A DNA stretch of 64,000 nucleotides. Source: an uncultured Syntrophaceae bacterium (GTDB taxonomy: Bacteria; Desulfobacterota; Syntrophia; Syntrophales; UBA2210). Location: the NCBI GenBank assembly GCA_964394725.1, contig CAYMYS010000004.1:821-64820 (forward strand). The letters are read 5' to 3'. A program made the position numbers and the translations under genes. The notes below the pieces were generated by a model. That model saw only the letters and a list, made by a program, of their open reading frames with translations. It made no database searches and had not been told where the DNA came from. Shown here one piece after another: positions 9,158 through 19,383 of the stretch (position 1 is its first letter; the number at the start of each line of letters is the position of its first letter).

Positions 9158-10192
9158 TCATTTAAAGGCATTTATCATATCTTTTAATACTGCAGCGGCA
9201 GCACCCAGGGGTGAACTTTTACCACCCATGACCGTAATCCTTCCCATAGTATCCGTCGTGTATGTGATGGCCTTTTCGGGGCCGTTGACGGATGAAAGGG
9301 GGTGATTCCTCTCCAGAGACCGGGGCGCAACCTCCAGTTTCACTTTGCCATCTTCAATGTGAGCGGTGCCGATTAGCTTAATCGTCTTTCCCTGTTCCCG
9401 CGCATGGGCTATATCCTGCAATGTAACCCCTGTAATTCCCGTGACTGCCACATCGGAAATAGTGGTTTCGTTATTAAGAAGACGATTCGCGATTAAAAAG
9501 ATCTTATTGGCGGTGTCTTTGCCCTCTACATCATAGTCCGGATTGGTTTCTGCAATGCCAAGCCTCTGGGCCTCTCTCAAGGCTGTTTCATAGCTGCAGC
9601 CCTCCTCCGTCATACGAGAGAGGATGTAGTTTGTCGTACCGTTCAGTATCCCCTCTATAGATAGTATGGAAGTTCCTGCCAGACTAACTGATCCAACATC
9701 AAGGGTTGGCAAGGCGGCTGCGGAGGCGGCGCTTATGTGGATACCGCAGTTCTTGTTCTTTGCCTTTTCGTGGATCTCTTTATAAAAGAGCACGAGAGGT
9801 CCCTTGTTGGCGCTGACCACCTCCATACCCTGGTCAAGGGCGGTGAAAATGTGTCTTGTCCCCGGTTCTCCGTCAATGAGGTTGGTCGGTGTTGTCTCGA
9901 TCAAAACATCGCTTCCCGTAGTCGATATGGCCTCTGTGCCAGTCATTCCGGGCCTTCCACAGCCCTTGAATTCTTCAACCCTGCCTCCCCGGCGAAGATG
10001 GCCGATGAGTTCGGCGGCAGGCAGACCATTGGAATCGTTTGTACTGGCTGCGCCACCTATATCTACGGCTGCCTGGATGATAAAGCGCCTGCCGTACCTG
10101 CTTTCGATGTCGTCTCCACGGTTGGCTAACAGCTGGATGAATTCTTTGCCCACCTTTCCAAGGCCACATATGACAATCTTGATTTCTCTCAT
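9158..10192 (-). CDS. hom: Homoserine dehydrogenase family protein (no ACT domain)
   Basis: 344 aa. Rossmann N-terminus IVICGLGKVGKEF and the catalytic-domain motif GILNGTTNYILSRM. The start overlaps the stop of the upstream TPP enzyme (ATGA). Confidence 0.7.
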   Translation of the reverse strand: MREIKIVICGLGKVGKEFIQLLANRGDDIESRYGRRFIIQAAVDIGGAASTNDSNGLPAAELIGHLRRGGRVEEFKGCGRPGMTGTEAISTTGSDVLIETTPTNLIDGEPGTRHIFTALDQGMEVVSANKGPLVLFYKEIHEKAKNKNCGIHISAASAAALPTLDVGSVSLAGTSILSIEGILNGTTNYILSRMTEEGCSYETALREAQRLGIAETNPDYDVEGKDTANKIFLIANRLLNNETTISDVAVTGITGVTLQDIAHAREQGKTIKLIGTAHIEDGKVKLEVAPRSLERNHPLSSVNGPEKAITYTTDTMGRITVMGGKSSPLGAAAAVLKDMINAFK

Positions 10193-11814
10193 CTATTTCC
10201 TCTGAGGATCAGATCGTCATAATCCCCTGTATCGACAAAGGCTTCTACGACTACCGGTCCCTCCGCTTCAAAGGCCTCCGTGAGCGCCCCTTTGTATTCC
10301 TCAGTATTCCTTGCACCAATGATGGGAACGCCAAAAAAGCTGTCACCCGATTTGTAGTCAACCCTGTCGCGGTGAAGGGCCGTTCCGTATCGGGCATAGC
10401 CCTTTTTTTGCTGCTTGATTCTTATCAGGGACAGGTTACCGTCGGACAATAACACAAAAACCACCTTGGCGCCAAGGCGAACAGCTGTGGCCAGTTCTCC
10501 CGCCATCATCATAAAGCCTCCGTCTCCGACGACGCAACAGACTTGTCGCTCGGGACAGCTCAGTTTCGCTGCGATGGCGGCGGGGATGGCATAGCCCATG
10601 GAGGAGCCCCCGTTGGTCATAAGCTGACAATCGGGAGATGGTGTTCGCCAATGCTGGCCGATGAGATGCAGATGGGCACCTACATCACAGGTCATAATGC
10701 CATCGGAGGGGAGCATTTCTCTCAAAAGGTCTAAAGCCATCTGTGGTCCGAAGTGGTCCTTCGAGGGAGAAAGCCGTTCACGCATCCTGTGGCGACGCTT
10801 TGCCAGTTCATCCAGGTCCCAGTCCTTCTCTCCGCAATCGCTATTAAAAATCCTCTCCAGTGAGGATCTCAGATTTCCGACAACATCACAGACGGGGCCA
10901 TGACAGGTTGTGTCTATATCGGCAGTCACCGTATCGATATGGACGAGAGGCACATCAGGCATCCACTCTTCATAGTTCAATTCCACTGGATCATATCCCA
11001 CAGCGACAATAAGATCGGCCTGCTGATGTGTCTCTCCCACCAGATCGCTGAAGGCATGGGCTAGCACTCCGGCATAAGAGGGATGGTCCTCGGGAATCAT
11101 CCCCTTGGCCATTGGTGTTTCTATGGCGGGGATCTTGTATTTTTCAAGAATAGCCATGGTAATATTCCGTACAGATGAGCGTGTGGCAGTAATCCCCAGG
11201 GCTACAAGGGGCTTACGAGACTCTTTAAAAAGCCCTTCCATTTTACGCAGGGATTCTGTGTCGGGGGAGGGAATCTTTCCAGGAGATCCTGTATGGTATG
11301 CTTCTTCATAGGGGGCTTCGGTCGTCCCTATCCCAGCGGGAAGACCGATATGCACCGGTCCCGGGACCTCGGACGTTGCAATTCGAAAGGCCGTGGCAAG
11401 TGTTTCCTGTACATTGTTGGGTGAGAGACGTGTTGTCCATTTCGTGATAGGTCTGAAGAGGGTCTGATGGTCGATATTCATCTGCGATGTTCGATTCAAC
11501 ATCGAAGCGCTCATCTCATCCGTCAATGCAATCATGGGTGACCGGTCTAAAAAGCCGCAGCAGACACCCGTACTGAGATTGCAGGCACCGGGACCGAAGG
11601 TGGCGAAACAGGCAGCAGGCGTTCCGGTAATCCTCCAGCACGCATCGGCCATGAAGGCACCGCTTGCTTCATTGCTTACAAGAACAAAGTCCAGCCCATC
11701 CACAGCACCAATGGCCGCCATGTAATCAACCCAGTTTCCGCTCGGTACTCCAAAGATATAGCGAATCCCCAGTTTTTTGAGAGTCTTTGCCAGTGCTTCA
11801 GCTGTCTGCATCAC
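10189..11814 (-). CDS. Thiamine-diphosphate-dependent enzyme, acetolactate-synthase-like large subunit
   Basis: 541 aa. IRYIFGVPSGNW, FATFGPGACNLSTG, and the TPP motif VVGDGGFMMMAGELATAVRLGAKVVFVLLSDGNLS. No small subunit gene is adjacent. Confidence 0.8.
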   Translation of the reverse strand: MMQTAEALAKTLKKLGIRYIFGVPSGNWVDYMAAIGAVDGLDFVLVSNEASGAFMADACWRITGTPAACFATFGPGACNLSTGVCCGFLDRSPMIALTDEMSASMLNRTSQMNIDHQTLFRPITKWTTRLSPNNVQETLATAFRIATSEVPGPVHIGLPAGIGTTEAPYEEAYHTGSPGKIPSPDTESLRKMEGLFKESRKPLVALGITATRSSVRNITMAILEKYKIPAIETPMAKGMIPEDHPSYAGVLAHAFSDLVGETHQQADLIVAVGYDPVELNYEEWMPDVPLVHIDTVTADIDTTCHGPVCDVVGNLRSSLERIFNSDCGEKDWDLDELAKRRHRMRERLSPSKDHFGPQMALDLLREMLPSDGIMTCDVGAHLHLIGQHWRTPSPDCQLMTNGGSSMGYAIPAAIAAKLSCPERQVCCVVGDGGFMMMAGELATAVRLGAKVVFVLLSDGNLSLIRIKQQKKGYARYGTALHRDRVDYKSGDSFFGVPIIGARNTEEYKGALTEAFEAEGPVVVEAFVDTGDYDDLILRGNR

Positions 11815-12167
11815 GTAAATTTCCTTTTGGCCGAGGAAAGGAGAGAAGAGAATATTCAGTTATCGACACTCACTCATTGCCGCCTGATAGAACGTTCCAA
11901 CTACACTAATACCATTAATTCTTCAAGGTTTTTTTGCCCTGCTGTTCTTGGAATTTCGGCGCCATAACAAGAAAATTGAAAGTATGGTCAAAATCCAGAA
12001 GGTGAGCAGAATAATATGGAACAAGTGGCCTGAGACAAAGAAAGTGCCCTCTTCTTGTCTTCAAAGAGGAGTCTCGGAATACAGGCAATCAGAAATGGCG
12101 CAACAGGGAGTTTCGTATAGAACATAAAATACCCCACCATCTAGATCCTCCATAAAATAATGTAGCC

Positions 12168-13196
12168 CTATGTGTTATAACGACGGGCAATCTCCCTGTA
12201 GAGATCGAGATGTTCTCTCAGCACATCGGGGATGGGCAGGTTGTAGGGACACTTTTCAATACATCTTCCGCAGGCGGTGCAGGACTCTATGCTCTCCATG
12301 GCGGTCTTGTCCAAGGTAACGAGATCGGCAGGCGCCAGTCTTTTCATCCTCGATTTGAAGATCATGCCGGCACTGATTTTCACACCCTGCTCGCAGGGCA
12401 TGCAGTATCCGCAGCGATGACAGAATGTTTTTCCCAGTTCCCCGCGAATCGTCTCTATCTCTTTCCAGTCTTTTCCTGTCAGTTTTGCAGGCCTTTCGTA
12501 TAATTCGACGATTTCGTCCACCTCATGCCGGAATGACAGGCCAGGAATGGGAACAACATCAGTGTACTGCTGTAAAAACCGGAAACAGAGATGTGCCCGT
12601 TCCAGCAGACCGCCTCCGAGGGGTTTCATGGCAATCATTCCCAGATCAAGTTCCCTGGCAGTGACGAACAGCTCTTCGGCGGCCTCGTCTTCAATGAAGT
12701 TGAAAGGAAGCTGAATCGTGGAAAAGAGACCAGTATGACAGGCTGTGATGGCCGTCTTGATATCGTGAGAGCTGAATCCGATGAATCGCACCTTTCCTTC
12801 AGACCTGGCCTGGTCAATTGCCTCGTAGGCCCCCCCGGGGGCCAGGACCTCATTCAGGGTTTCTTCAGAGGCGATATCATGAATCTGATATATGTCTATG
12901 TAAGAGGTTTTCAGATTTTTCAGGCTCTTCGTAATGTGATCGGCAACAGTTGTGGCATCTCTTTTCATGCTTTTCGTGGCAATGACAACGTGATCTCTCA
13001 CCGGTTCCAATGCCAGTCCTATCTTCTCTTCACTGTCCCCGTAGGCATGTGCCGTATCAACAAATCTGATCCCCCGGTCATAGGCATAGCGAACCAGAGA
13101 GATTCCTTCTTCGAGGGAGAGTTGTATGATCGGTATGCCGCCGAGTCCCACTTCGGAGACTTCAAGGTTGGTTTTTCCGAGTCTCACCTGTTTCAT
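12168..13196 (-). CDS. Aldo/keto reductase with C-terminal Fe-S cluster domain
   Basis: 342 aa. LGKTNLEVSEVGLGG and FVDTAHAYGDSE, with C-terminal CHRCGYCMPCEQG and CTACGRCIEKCP. Confidence 0.8.
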   Translation of the reverse strand: MKQVRLGKTNLEVSEVGLGGIPIIQLSLEEGISLVRYAYDRGIRFVDTAHAYGDSEEKIGLALEPVRDHVVIATKSMKRDATTVADHITKSLKNLKTSYIDIYQIHDIASEETLNEVLAPGGAYEAIDQARSEGKVRFIGFSSHDIKTAITACHTGLFSTIQLPFNFIEDEAAEELFVTARELDLGMIAMKPLGGGLLERAHLCFRFLQQYTDVVPIPGLSFRHEVDEIVELYERPAKLTGKDWKEIETIRGELGKTFCHRCGYCMPCEQGVKISAGMIFKSRMKRLAPADLVTLDKTAMESIESCTACGRCIEKCPYNLPIPDVLREHLDLYREIARRYNT

Positions 13197-13358
13197 TGAT
13201 CACCTCATCAATACAAGCATATTTATATACCACCACCAATAGCATAAAAAAGCGATAGTAAAAACAATGAAAATTTATTCGACAGCGTCTATAATGTTGC
13301 AACTCGTAACAAAGTGCAAGTGAAATTAGGAATCCTTACTACGCCTGAGGGGTGAATT

Positions 13359-13706
13359 ATGAGGGTATCCATAAAGGCTGCCCTGATGTCGGGGTTGTTG
13401 TTTCCCGGTTCGGGGCAGATTTATCTGAAGCGATACATGCGCGGGTTTATCTACATTTCTATAGTGCTTATGGGGTTTGGTTTTATTATAGGGTCGGCTA
13501 CTGTAAAGGCGCTTGATATGCTCGAAGGCATCCAGAGGCAGGGAGGTCACGCCGACATAACAGAGATTTCGCGCATGGCGCTTGCCTCACCCGATGGTTT
13601 TCCTTCTCTCTATTTTGAAATGGGTTTTTGTGTGATTATTCTTTGCTGGCTTGTTTCGACGATAGACGCCTACAGAACTGCAAAAAAGCTGGAACGCAAC
13701 CTATAA
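13359..13706 (+). CDS. Small membrane protein, function unknown
   Basis: 115 aa. Strong SD (GAGGGGTGA) upstream of the ATG. Two or three hydrophobic helices ([46 protein letters not shown]). Confidence 0.55.
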   Translation: MRVSIKAALMSGLLFPGSGQIYLKRYMRGFIYISIVLMGFGFIIGSATVKALDMLEGIQRQGGHADITEISRMALASPDGFPSLYFEMGFCVIILCWLVSTIDAYRTAKKLERNL

Positions 13707-14756
13707 TTCTCCCCGCAGTTTCGCAAATTCTTTGAGGAGTTTTTCCTCTTTGCCCTTCAGATTGGTCGGTATTTCGATTGTCGTTTGAACCAGTAGATCA
13801 CCTTTACCGAAGCCTCGTATGTGGGGGATTCCCTTTCCCTTCAGGTTGAATACTTTACCCTGTTGTGTGCCCTTGGGAATTTTTATTTTCTCGTTGCCAT
13901 TCAGGGTGGGAACCTCAATGCTGGCCCCCAGTGCGGCCTGCGTCATGGATATGGGGACCTTGCAGAGTATATCGTTCCCCTCTCTTTCAAAGAATGTGTG
14001 TGCTTCCACATAGATGAAGATGTAAAGATCTCCGCTGGGACCGCCGAATTCCCCCTCTTCGCCTTCTCCGCGAAGCCTGAGACGTGACCCCGTTTCCACT
14101 CCCGCCGGTATTCGCAACTGCACCGACTTCGTGATCTTCTCTTTCCCTGATCCGCGACAGACCGTGCAGGGGTTTTCTATGACCGTTCCGGTTCCGCCAC
14201 AGTTTGAACAGGTCGTGCTGATACTGAAAAATCCGGTGGCCCGCGTAACCTGTCCCCTGCCGTTGCATTCGGGGCACACGATGGGTTCCGAACCGGGGGT
14301 TGCGCCCGAACCGCCACATTCACTGCATCCCTGATATTTCTCCAGTTCTATCTCCGTGGTAGTCCCGAAGGCCGCATCCATGAAAGAGATCTTGAGGTCA
14401 TAGCGAAAGTCGGCGCCTGCGCGTGCAGAGGTCCGTGACCGTCTCCCGTTTGAGAATCCGAAAATATCCTCAAAAATATCGCCAAAGCTTGAAAAAATAT
14501 CCTCGAATCCCGTAAATCCCTGAAATCCCGTTCCCTTGAGACCTTCATGGCCGTATCGGTCATAGATTTGGCGTTTCTCCTGGTCGCTCAGGACCTCATA
14601 GGCCTCTGCCGCCTCTTTGAACTTCTCTTCCGCTTCTTTGTTCCCCGGATTTCTATCGGGATGGTACTTTAGGGCAAGCTGTCTGTAACGCTTCTTTATC
14701 TCGTCGGGCTGCGTATTTCTGTCAACGCCGAGAATCTTGTAATAATCCTCTTTCAT
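13701..14756 (-). CDS. dnaJ: DnaJ-class molecular chaperone (J domain, G/F region, zinc finger)
   Basis: 351 aa. DYYKILGV...YHPDRNPG (HPD motif) and four CxxCxGxG repeats ([32 protein letters not shown]). Confidence 0.9.
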   Translation of the reverse strand: MKEDYYKILGVDRNTQPDEIKKRYRQLALKYHPDRNPGNKEAEEKFKEAAEAYEVLSDQEKRQIYDRYGHEGLKGTGFQGFTGFEDIFSSFGDIFEDIFGFSNGRRSRTSARAGADFRYDLKISFMDAAFGTTTEIELEKYQGCSECGGSGATPGSEPIVCPECNGRGQVTRATGFFSISTTCSNCGGTGTVIENPCTVCRGSGKEKITKSVQLRIPAGVETGSRLRLRGEGEEGEFGGPSGDLYIFIYVEAHTFFEREGNDILCKVPISMTQAALGASIEVPTLNGNEKIKIPKGTQQGKVFNLKGKGIPHIRGFGKGDLLVQTTIEIPTNLKGKEEKLLKEFAKLRGEL

Positions 14757-14872
14757 AAATTCTTACTTATTCCTGTTCATTGGTAGTCTGGTAGCGAGTG
14801 GGACACCATCTCCCGTAACATAATAATCCTTTGTAGTCGTGTCAAGCTCCCGGAGTAAGATATGGTGTCACT

Positions 14873-15246
14873 CTATCTCAGGTGTGGGTTATGCCTCTTT
14901 TCGTTATCGATTGTTGATGTCGATGTCCCTCCGTAGTTGTGGCCGGGAAGAACAATTGTATCGTCGGGAAGGGTCATCAGTTTTTCTCTTATAGATGTGT
15001 GCAACACCTTTCACGATGCCCCGGGGAGATCCGTCCTCCCGACGCCTCCGATGAAGGGTGTATCTCCGGTACAGACATGTCCTGAAAATAGAGTGACATG
15101 CCACCCGGCGTATGCCCCGGTGTATGAAGGACCTTCAACTGAAGATCATGACATTACCGAAAAAATCTTGCCCGAGGGGATTCGATTATTGCAGAGGAAC
15201 GGTGACTCCTGACAGTGATGTATGACAATCACCGTGTCCACTCATT
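14873..15246 (-). pseudogene. Decayed MBL-fold metallo-hydrolase (glyoxalase-II-like) remnant
   Basis: Minus-strand homology is split over frames. SGHGDCHTSLSGVTVPLQ ends in a stop. LKVLHTPGHTPGGMSLYF is in a second frame. TGDTPFIGGVGRTDLPGAS[49 protein letters not shown] is in a third. The N-terminal ~60 aa are missing, and the 5' end abuts the repeat at 15247. Confidence 0.75.
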
Positions 15247-15380
15247 TTGACGAATCGGTAAAAAGTCCTCAAGGGAGTCACTCCCGCGCAGATAGTCCAT
15301 AAGTACTTGAATAAACTGGATTCCCGATCAGGTCAGGAGTGACAAAATGGCAGATATCCGACTTTATACCGGACCATCAA
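15247..15380 (+). repeat. Short variant of the MITE-like element (same termini, different core)
   Basis: Starts TTGACGAATCGGTAAAAAGTC and ends GACTTTATACCGGACCATCAA. These are the same termini as the copies at 28582, 39872 and 57046. The core contains the inverted repeat GAGTCACTCC/GGAGTGAC and a 29-nt REP-like motif (15316..15344). Confidence 0.75.
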
Positions 15381-15476
15381 TTTTGGTTTTTTCGTAGGAA
15401 AGGTGTTTATGCGGTCGTTCATCAGTGGCAATAGGAAAGAGGGCTCATTTCATAAACACGTCTCCCGATCAGACGA

Positions 15477-16058
15477 TCAGGCAGTTTCCCCTTTCAGACC
15501 GATCTCATCAGCGACGTCGCGCATCCCCATAATGGTATCTTCCATGAGTTCGCCCAGCTCCACACCGAGCATCTCGGCACCCCTCTGTATGATGGTCCGA
15601 TCCACTCCCGCCGCAAAGGCCGGTGATTTCCACTTCTTTTTAAGCGATTTTACGGTCATGTCCATGACGCTCTTCGAAGGTCTGACGAGGGCATTGGCCG
15701 CAACCAGTCCCGTCAGTTCATCGATGGTATAGAGGGTCTTTTCAAGTGCGCTTTGGGGCTCCGCATCGGAACAGATTCCCCATCCATGAGAAACGGCTGC
15801 ACGGATATATTCTTCGGGCCAGCCATTGTCTTCGAGAATTTCTCTCGTCTTGGCGCAGTGCCGGTCGGGGAACTGCTCGTAATCGAGGTCATGGATGAGA
15901 CCGATGACCCCCCATTTCTCCTCGTCTTCTCCCTTTTTCCGCGCAATGTAGCGCATTACCCCTTCCACTGCGTAGGCGTGTTTGCGGAGACTATCGCTTG
16001 CGTTGTACTTATGTAAAATGGTCAGGGCGTCGTCGCGATTTGGCATCTTCTCAGACAT
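15477..16058 (-). CDS. HD/HDIG domain phosphohydrolase
   Basis: Internal ATG at 16058 is preceded by AGGAGAA. MSEKMPNRDDALTILHKY...HAYAVEGVMRYIA...IGLIHDLDYEQ (H..HD motif). The longer 252-aa ORF would overlap rsmB. Confidence 0.85.
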   Translation of the reverse strand: MSEKMPNRDDALTILHKYNASDSLRKHAYAVEGVMRYIARKKGEDEEKWGVIGLIHDLDYEQFPDRHCAKTREILEDNGWPEEYIRAAVSHGWGICSDAEPQSALEKTLYTIDELTGLVAANALVRPSKSVMDMTVKSLKKKWKSPAFAAGVDRTIIQRGAEMLGVELGELMEDTIMGMRDVADEIGLKGETA

Positions 16059-16060
16059 CA

Positions 16061-17485
16061 CTATTCTCCTTTCATCTTTTTTAATAAGAGGGCTCCGAAA
16101 AACCCGTCCGTTTTGTGACGGTGGGGGAATGTCCTGAAAAAACCATCCCCGTCGGTCATCTTCCAGTCTTTCGAAAGGGATGGGGAAATGCAAATAAAAT
16201 CGGAATTTCCACGGAGAAACTCCTCTACCACCCACTCGTTTTCATCCTTATCTATGGTGCAGGCACTGTACAGCATGATTCCGCCCCGCTTCAGATAGGG
16301 GGCGCACCGGTTCAGCATTCTTTTCTGAAGCCGGGGGAATTTTTTCATGTCCTTTGCGTTTCTGCTCCACTTTATCTCCGGATTTCTTCTCAGTGTTCCC
16401 AGGGCGGAGCAGGGGGCGTCCACGAGAATCCTGTCGAACTGTTCACCGTAGGCAGGACCCATATCTTCCGTTGCATCACCGATTGTGGGTTCAATAATCG
16501 TTGCGCCGAACCGCTGTGACAGTTCTTTCAAACCTGCGATCTTTCGCTCATTTATATCCAGGGCAATGATTGTTCCCCTGTTTTGCATCAACCCCGCCAT
16601 GTGGGTCGTCTTTATACCCGCACCGGAACAGGCGTCCAGTACAACATCGCCGGGTTTGGGATCGAGGAGCAGGGAGATGAGCTGCGATGCCTCGTCCTGG
16701 ATCAGGAGGTTGCCCTTTTTGTAGAGCGACATCTCCCTGACCGGCATACCGGGACTGGAGATAGTGATTCCGTCGGGGGAATATGCCGTCGGCCCTGCTG
16801 TTATGCCTTCATCGATAAGAGTCCTTACCACATCGTTACGTTCCGTCTTCAATCTGTTTATGCGCAGTGTAAAGGGGGGTCTTTCGTTGTTGCTCCTGCA
16901 GAATTCCATAGTCTCTTCAGTGCCGAATCGGGTAATCCATTTTTCTACAAGCCATTTCGGGTGGGAGTGAAAACTAGAGATATGGGCGGCGGGATCTCCT
17001 TGAAAATCGGGATATGTCACACCATCCATTTTTCTGATGGCATTCCGCAGGATGGCATTCACCAGGCGGTCCCGCCCGGGATAATCTTTCTTGGTCATCT
17101 TTACCGCCTCGTCGCAGGCGGCATAGGCGGGAATCCTGTCGGTAAAGATTATCTGGTAGAGAGCGATCCTGAGTATATTTGTGATTCCTCCCTCCATCTT
17201 TTTCAAATCGCCCGTGTAGTTGGATTGAATAACCCAGTCTATACGGTTTCTCATGCGGAGCGTTCCATAGACAAGCTCTGTCAGGAGTCTTCTGTCTTGA
17301 ATACTGGAGAGTATATTCTGCGAGAGGAAGGCGTCCAGGAGGGGTTCAGCAAAGGATTTTTCCTTGTCTACCCTGTCCAGAATAGTTGTGGCCAGTTGCC
17401 GGGGATTTCCCTGCACGACAGATTCTCTGTTTTGGTCAGGGGGGGTGGATCGCCGGTTTTTTCTGTGTATGATTTTCATCTTCAT
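16061..17485 (-). CDS. rsmB: 16S rRNA (cytosine-C5)-methyltransferase RsmB/Sun
   Basis: 474 aa. NusB-like N-terminal half, then DACSGAGIKTTHMA, ILVDAPCSALGTLRRNPEIKW and PHRHKTDGFFGALLLK. Confidence 0.9.
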   Translation of the reverse strand: MKMKIIHRKNRRSTPPDQNRESVVQGNPRQLATTILDRVDKEKSFAEPLLDAFLSQNILSSIQDRRLLTELVYGTLRMRNRIDWVIQSNYTGDLKKMEGGITNILRIALYQIIFTDRIPAYAACDEAVKMTKKDYPGRDRLVNAILRNAIRKMDGVTYPDFQGDPAAHISSFHSHPKWLVEKWITRFGTEETMEFCRSNNERPPFTLRINRLKTERNDVVRTLIDEGITAGPTAYSPDGITISSPGMPVREMSLYKKGNLLIQDEASQLISLLLDPKPGDVVLDACSGAGIKTTHMAGLMQNRGTIIALDINERKIAGLKELSQRFGATIIEPTIGDATEDMGPAYGEQFDRILVDAPCSALGTLRRNPEIKWSRNAKDMKKFPRLQKRMLNRCAPYLKRGGIMLYSACTIDKDENEWVVEEFLRGNSDFICISPSLSKDWKMTDGDGFFRTFPHRHKTDGFFGALLLKKMKGE

Positions 17486-18261
17486 TGACCCATCAGCATG
17501 ACACTGCTGTAGTGTGCCTCCACACCTTCATTGGTCTGGTCCGTATCGGTGAGGACGGCAATCGCTAGAATGCCCGGGGGTTCGCTTCCGAAAAACCGGC
17601 GGAAGTCCTCCATGAGATTTCGTTTTTCCCTGATCCATTTCCCTGCCCGATCATTTCCCCGTTCCACCACCACAACCTTATGACTTTTTGAACCGGGATA
17701 GTCGATGACGACTCCTTTCTTCGCATCATTTCCCCATACATAATCGATCTTCATGCCCTGAGGCTCCATTTTGGGCATTTTGAATCCCACCATCTTAATG
17801 ACCTTTTTGACTAGAGGGTTATCGAGTGGCGCATCTCCCCTGTCCTTGCCAAAGATTATCCGTATCCGCGCGGCGCAATCGTTTCTATCCCGTCTATGCT
17901 CCCTGGCCATGCCGACGGTCCTGTCGATCTTCCACCGCCATGCGATAATGGGGTAATCTTTGATGTCGGCATCGGGTCGTGTAATGAGGGAGGAAATACT
18001 GTTGAGGCTCTTCATATAGACAACAGTCCACTTCCCCTCTCTGACAAGTGAGATTTCATTTTTCGCTTTTCCGAAGTAGCCGATATGCTCCCACCCTTGA
18101 GGGGTCGATTCCGAATCTTTGTCCTCCGTGAAACCGAGGAAGAGGTTCTTTTGTTCCGCCCCGACAGAGGTGGCACAGAAGATCAGAAGGAGGAATGCGG
18201 CACACATAACACACCGACTGATTCGTCTGTGATAAAATGGTCTTTTGAAAACTTTCATCAT
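17482..18261 (-). CDS. Secreted DUF3047-like protein
   Basis: 259 aa. Signal-like N-terminus CVMCAAFLLLIFCATSVGAEQ. Pattern YPIIAWRWKIDRTV...NDCAARIRIIFG...IDYVWGND...GKWIREKRNLMEDFRRFFG...ILAIAVLTDTDQT, as I recall for DUF3047. ATGA overlap with rsmB. Confidence 0.6.
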   Translation of the reverse strand: MMKVFKRPFYHRRISRCVMCAAFLLLIFCATSVGAEQKNLFLGFTEDKDSESTPQGWEHIGYFGKAKNEISLVREGKWTVVYMKSLNSISSLITRPDADIKDYPIIAWRWKIDRTVGMAREHRRDRNDCAARIRIIFGKDRGDAPLDNPLVKKVIKMVGFKMPKMEPQGMKIDYVWGNDAKKGVVIDYPGSKSHKVVVVERGNDRAGKWIREKRNLMEDFRRFFGSEPPGILAIAVLTDTDQTNEGVEAHYSSVMLMGQ

Positions 18262-18267
18262 TCCCCT

Positions 18268-19206
18268 CTACTCCAGAAGATCTCCGGGCGATATCTGGTA
18301 TCCCCGAAGGAAATCTCCCGTTTTCATACGCTTTTTTCCTTCAAGCTGCAACTCTTCAATATAAACGTATCCATCTTTTGCCGCGACACGAATCTTTCCC
18401 TCTTTCTTAAGGGGAGATAATGCTCCTGGGACCCCCGTGGTTGGCATTTCTTCCCACGAGGCGTCGAATATCTTGACTTTCTTTCCCTTAAAGAGTGTAT
18501 AGGCGCCGGGTATGGAAGAGAGACCCCTGATCAGATTCACGATCTCTCTCGCAGGTCTTTTCCAATCGATGCGGCTCGTCGCTCGTGTAATCTTTGGTGC
18601 CACGCTAAGGAGGGACGAATCCTGCGGTTTCCTGGTGATTGTTCCAGCGGAAATTCCCTCCACGGCCTTAAAAAGAAGTTGGGCGCCCATCTCCGACAAT
18701 CTGTCGTGCAGGTGGTCGAAGGTCTCGCTATCACCGATTTCCGTTTCTTCCTGAAGGAGTACATCTCCCGAATCCATGCCCTCATCGATGCGCATGATGG
18801 TGACTCCCGTCCTTTCCTCGCCCCCTATGATGGTCCAGTTCATGGGTGCCGGACCCCGGTATTTCGGAAGCAGTGACGGGTGGACATTGACACAACCCAG
18901 GGGCGGAAATTCAACTATCTCTCTCGGGAGTATCTGGCCGAAGGCAACGAGCACAACCATCTCGGGAGATATCTCTTTGAATATTTCCAGAAAGCTTTCA
19001 TCCCTCACTCGGTCGGGCTGATAGAGGGGAATGTTCAACGTGGCGGCATAATCCTTCACGGGGGGCGCAACGAGTTTTCTTCCCCTCCCCTTGGGCCTGT
19101 CGGGCTGTGTAACCACGCCTGCAATGGAGAAATCATGCTCTATCAGAATTTTCAGGGAGGGTATGGCAAAGGCCGGTGTCCCCATAAAGAGTATTCTCGG
19201 TTTCAT
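18268..19206 (-). CDS. fmt: Methionyl-tRNA formyltransferase
   Basis: MKPRILFMGTPAFAIPSLKIL...VVTQPDRPKGRGRKL...NVHPSLLPKYRGPAPMNW. The ORF could extend to 19224, but the ATG at 19206 gives the canonical N-terminus. Confidence 0.9.
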   Translation of the reverse strand: MKPRILFMGTPAFAIPSLKILIEHDFSIAGVVTQPDRPKGRGRKLVAPPVKDYAATLNIPLYQPDRVRDESFLEIFKEISPEMVVLVAFGQILPREIVEFPPLGCVNVHPSLLPKYRGPAPMNWTIIGGEERTGVTIMRIDEGMDSGDVLLQEETEIGDSETFDHLHDRLSEMGAQLLFKAVEGISAGTITRKPQDSSLLSVAPKITRATSRIDWKRPAREIVNLIRGLSSIPGAYTLFKGKKVKIFDASWEEMPTTGVPGALSPLKKEGKIRVAAKDGYVYIEELQLEGKKRMKTGDFLRGYQISPGDLLE

Positions 19207-19383
19207 GTCGCACATCCTGTACACTTTGTACTTTTTATGCTTTTATACCCTTTTGCAATGTTTTAATCAATCCTGCGTGACCGGTTAATTTTGGCGATGG
19301 TACAATTCTCTATTTATCAGTGCAACTGTTCTGATTCGCTTTTCGAGTGTGGGAAGGTATGGGGATGAGCCGGTGTAGAATCA

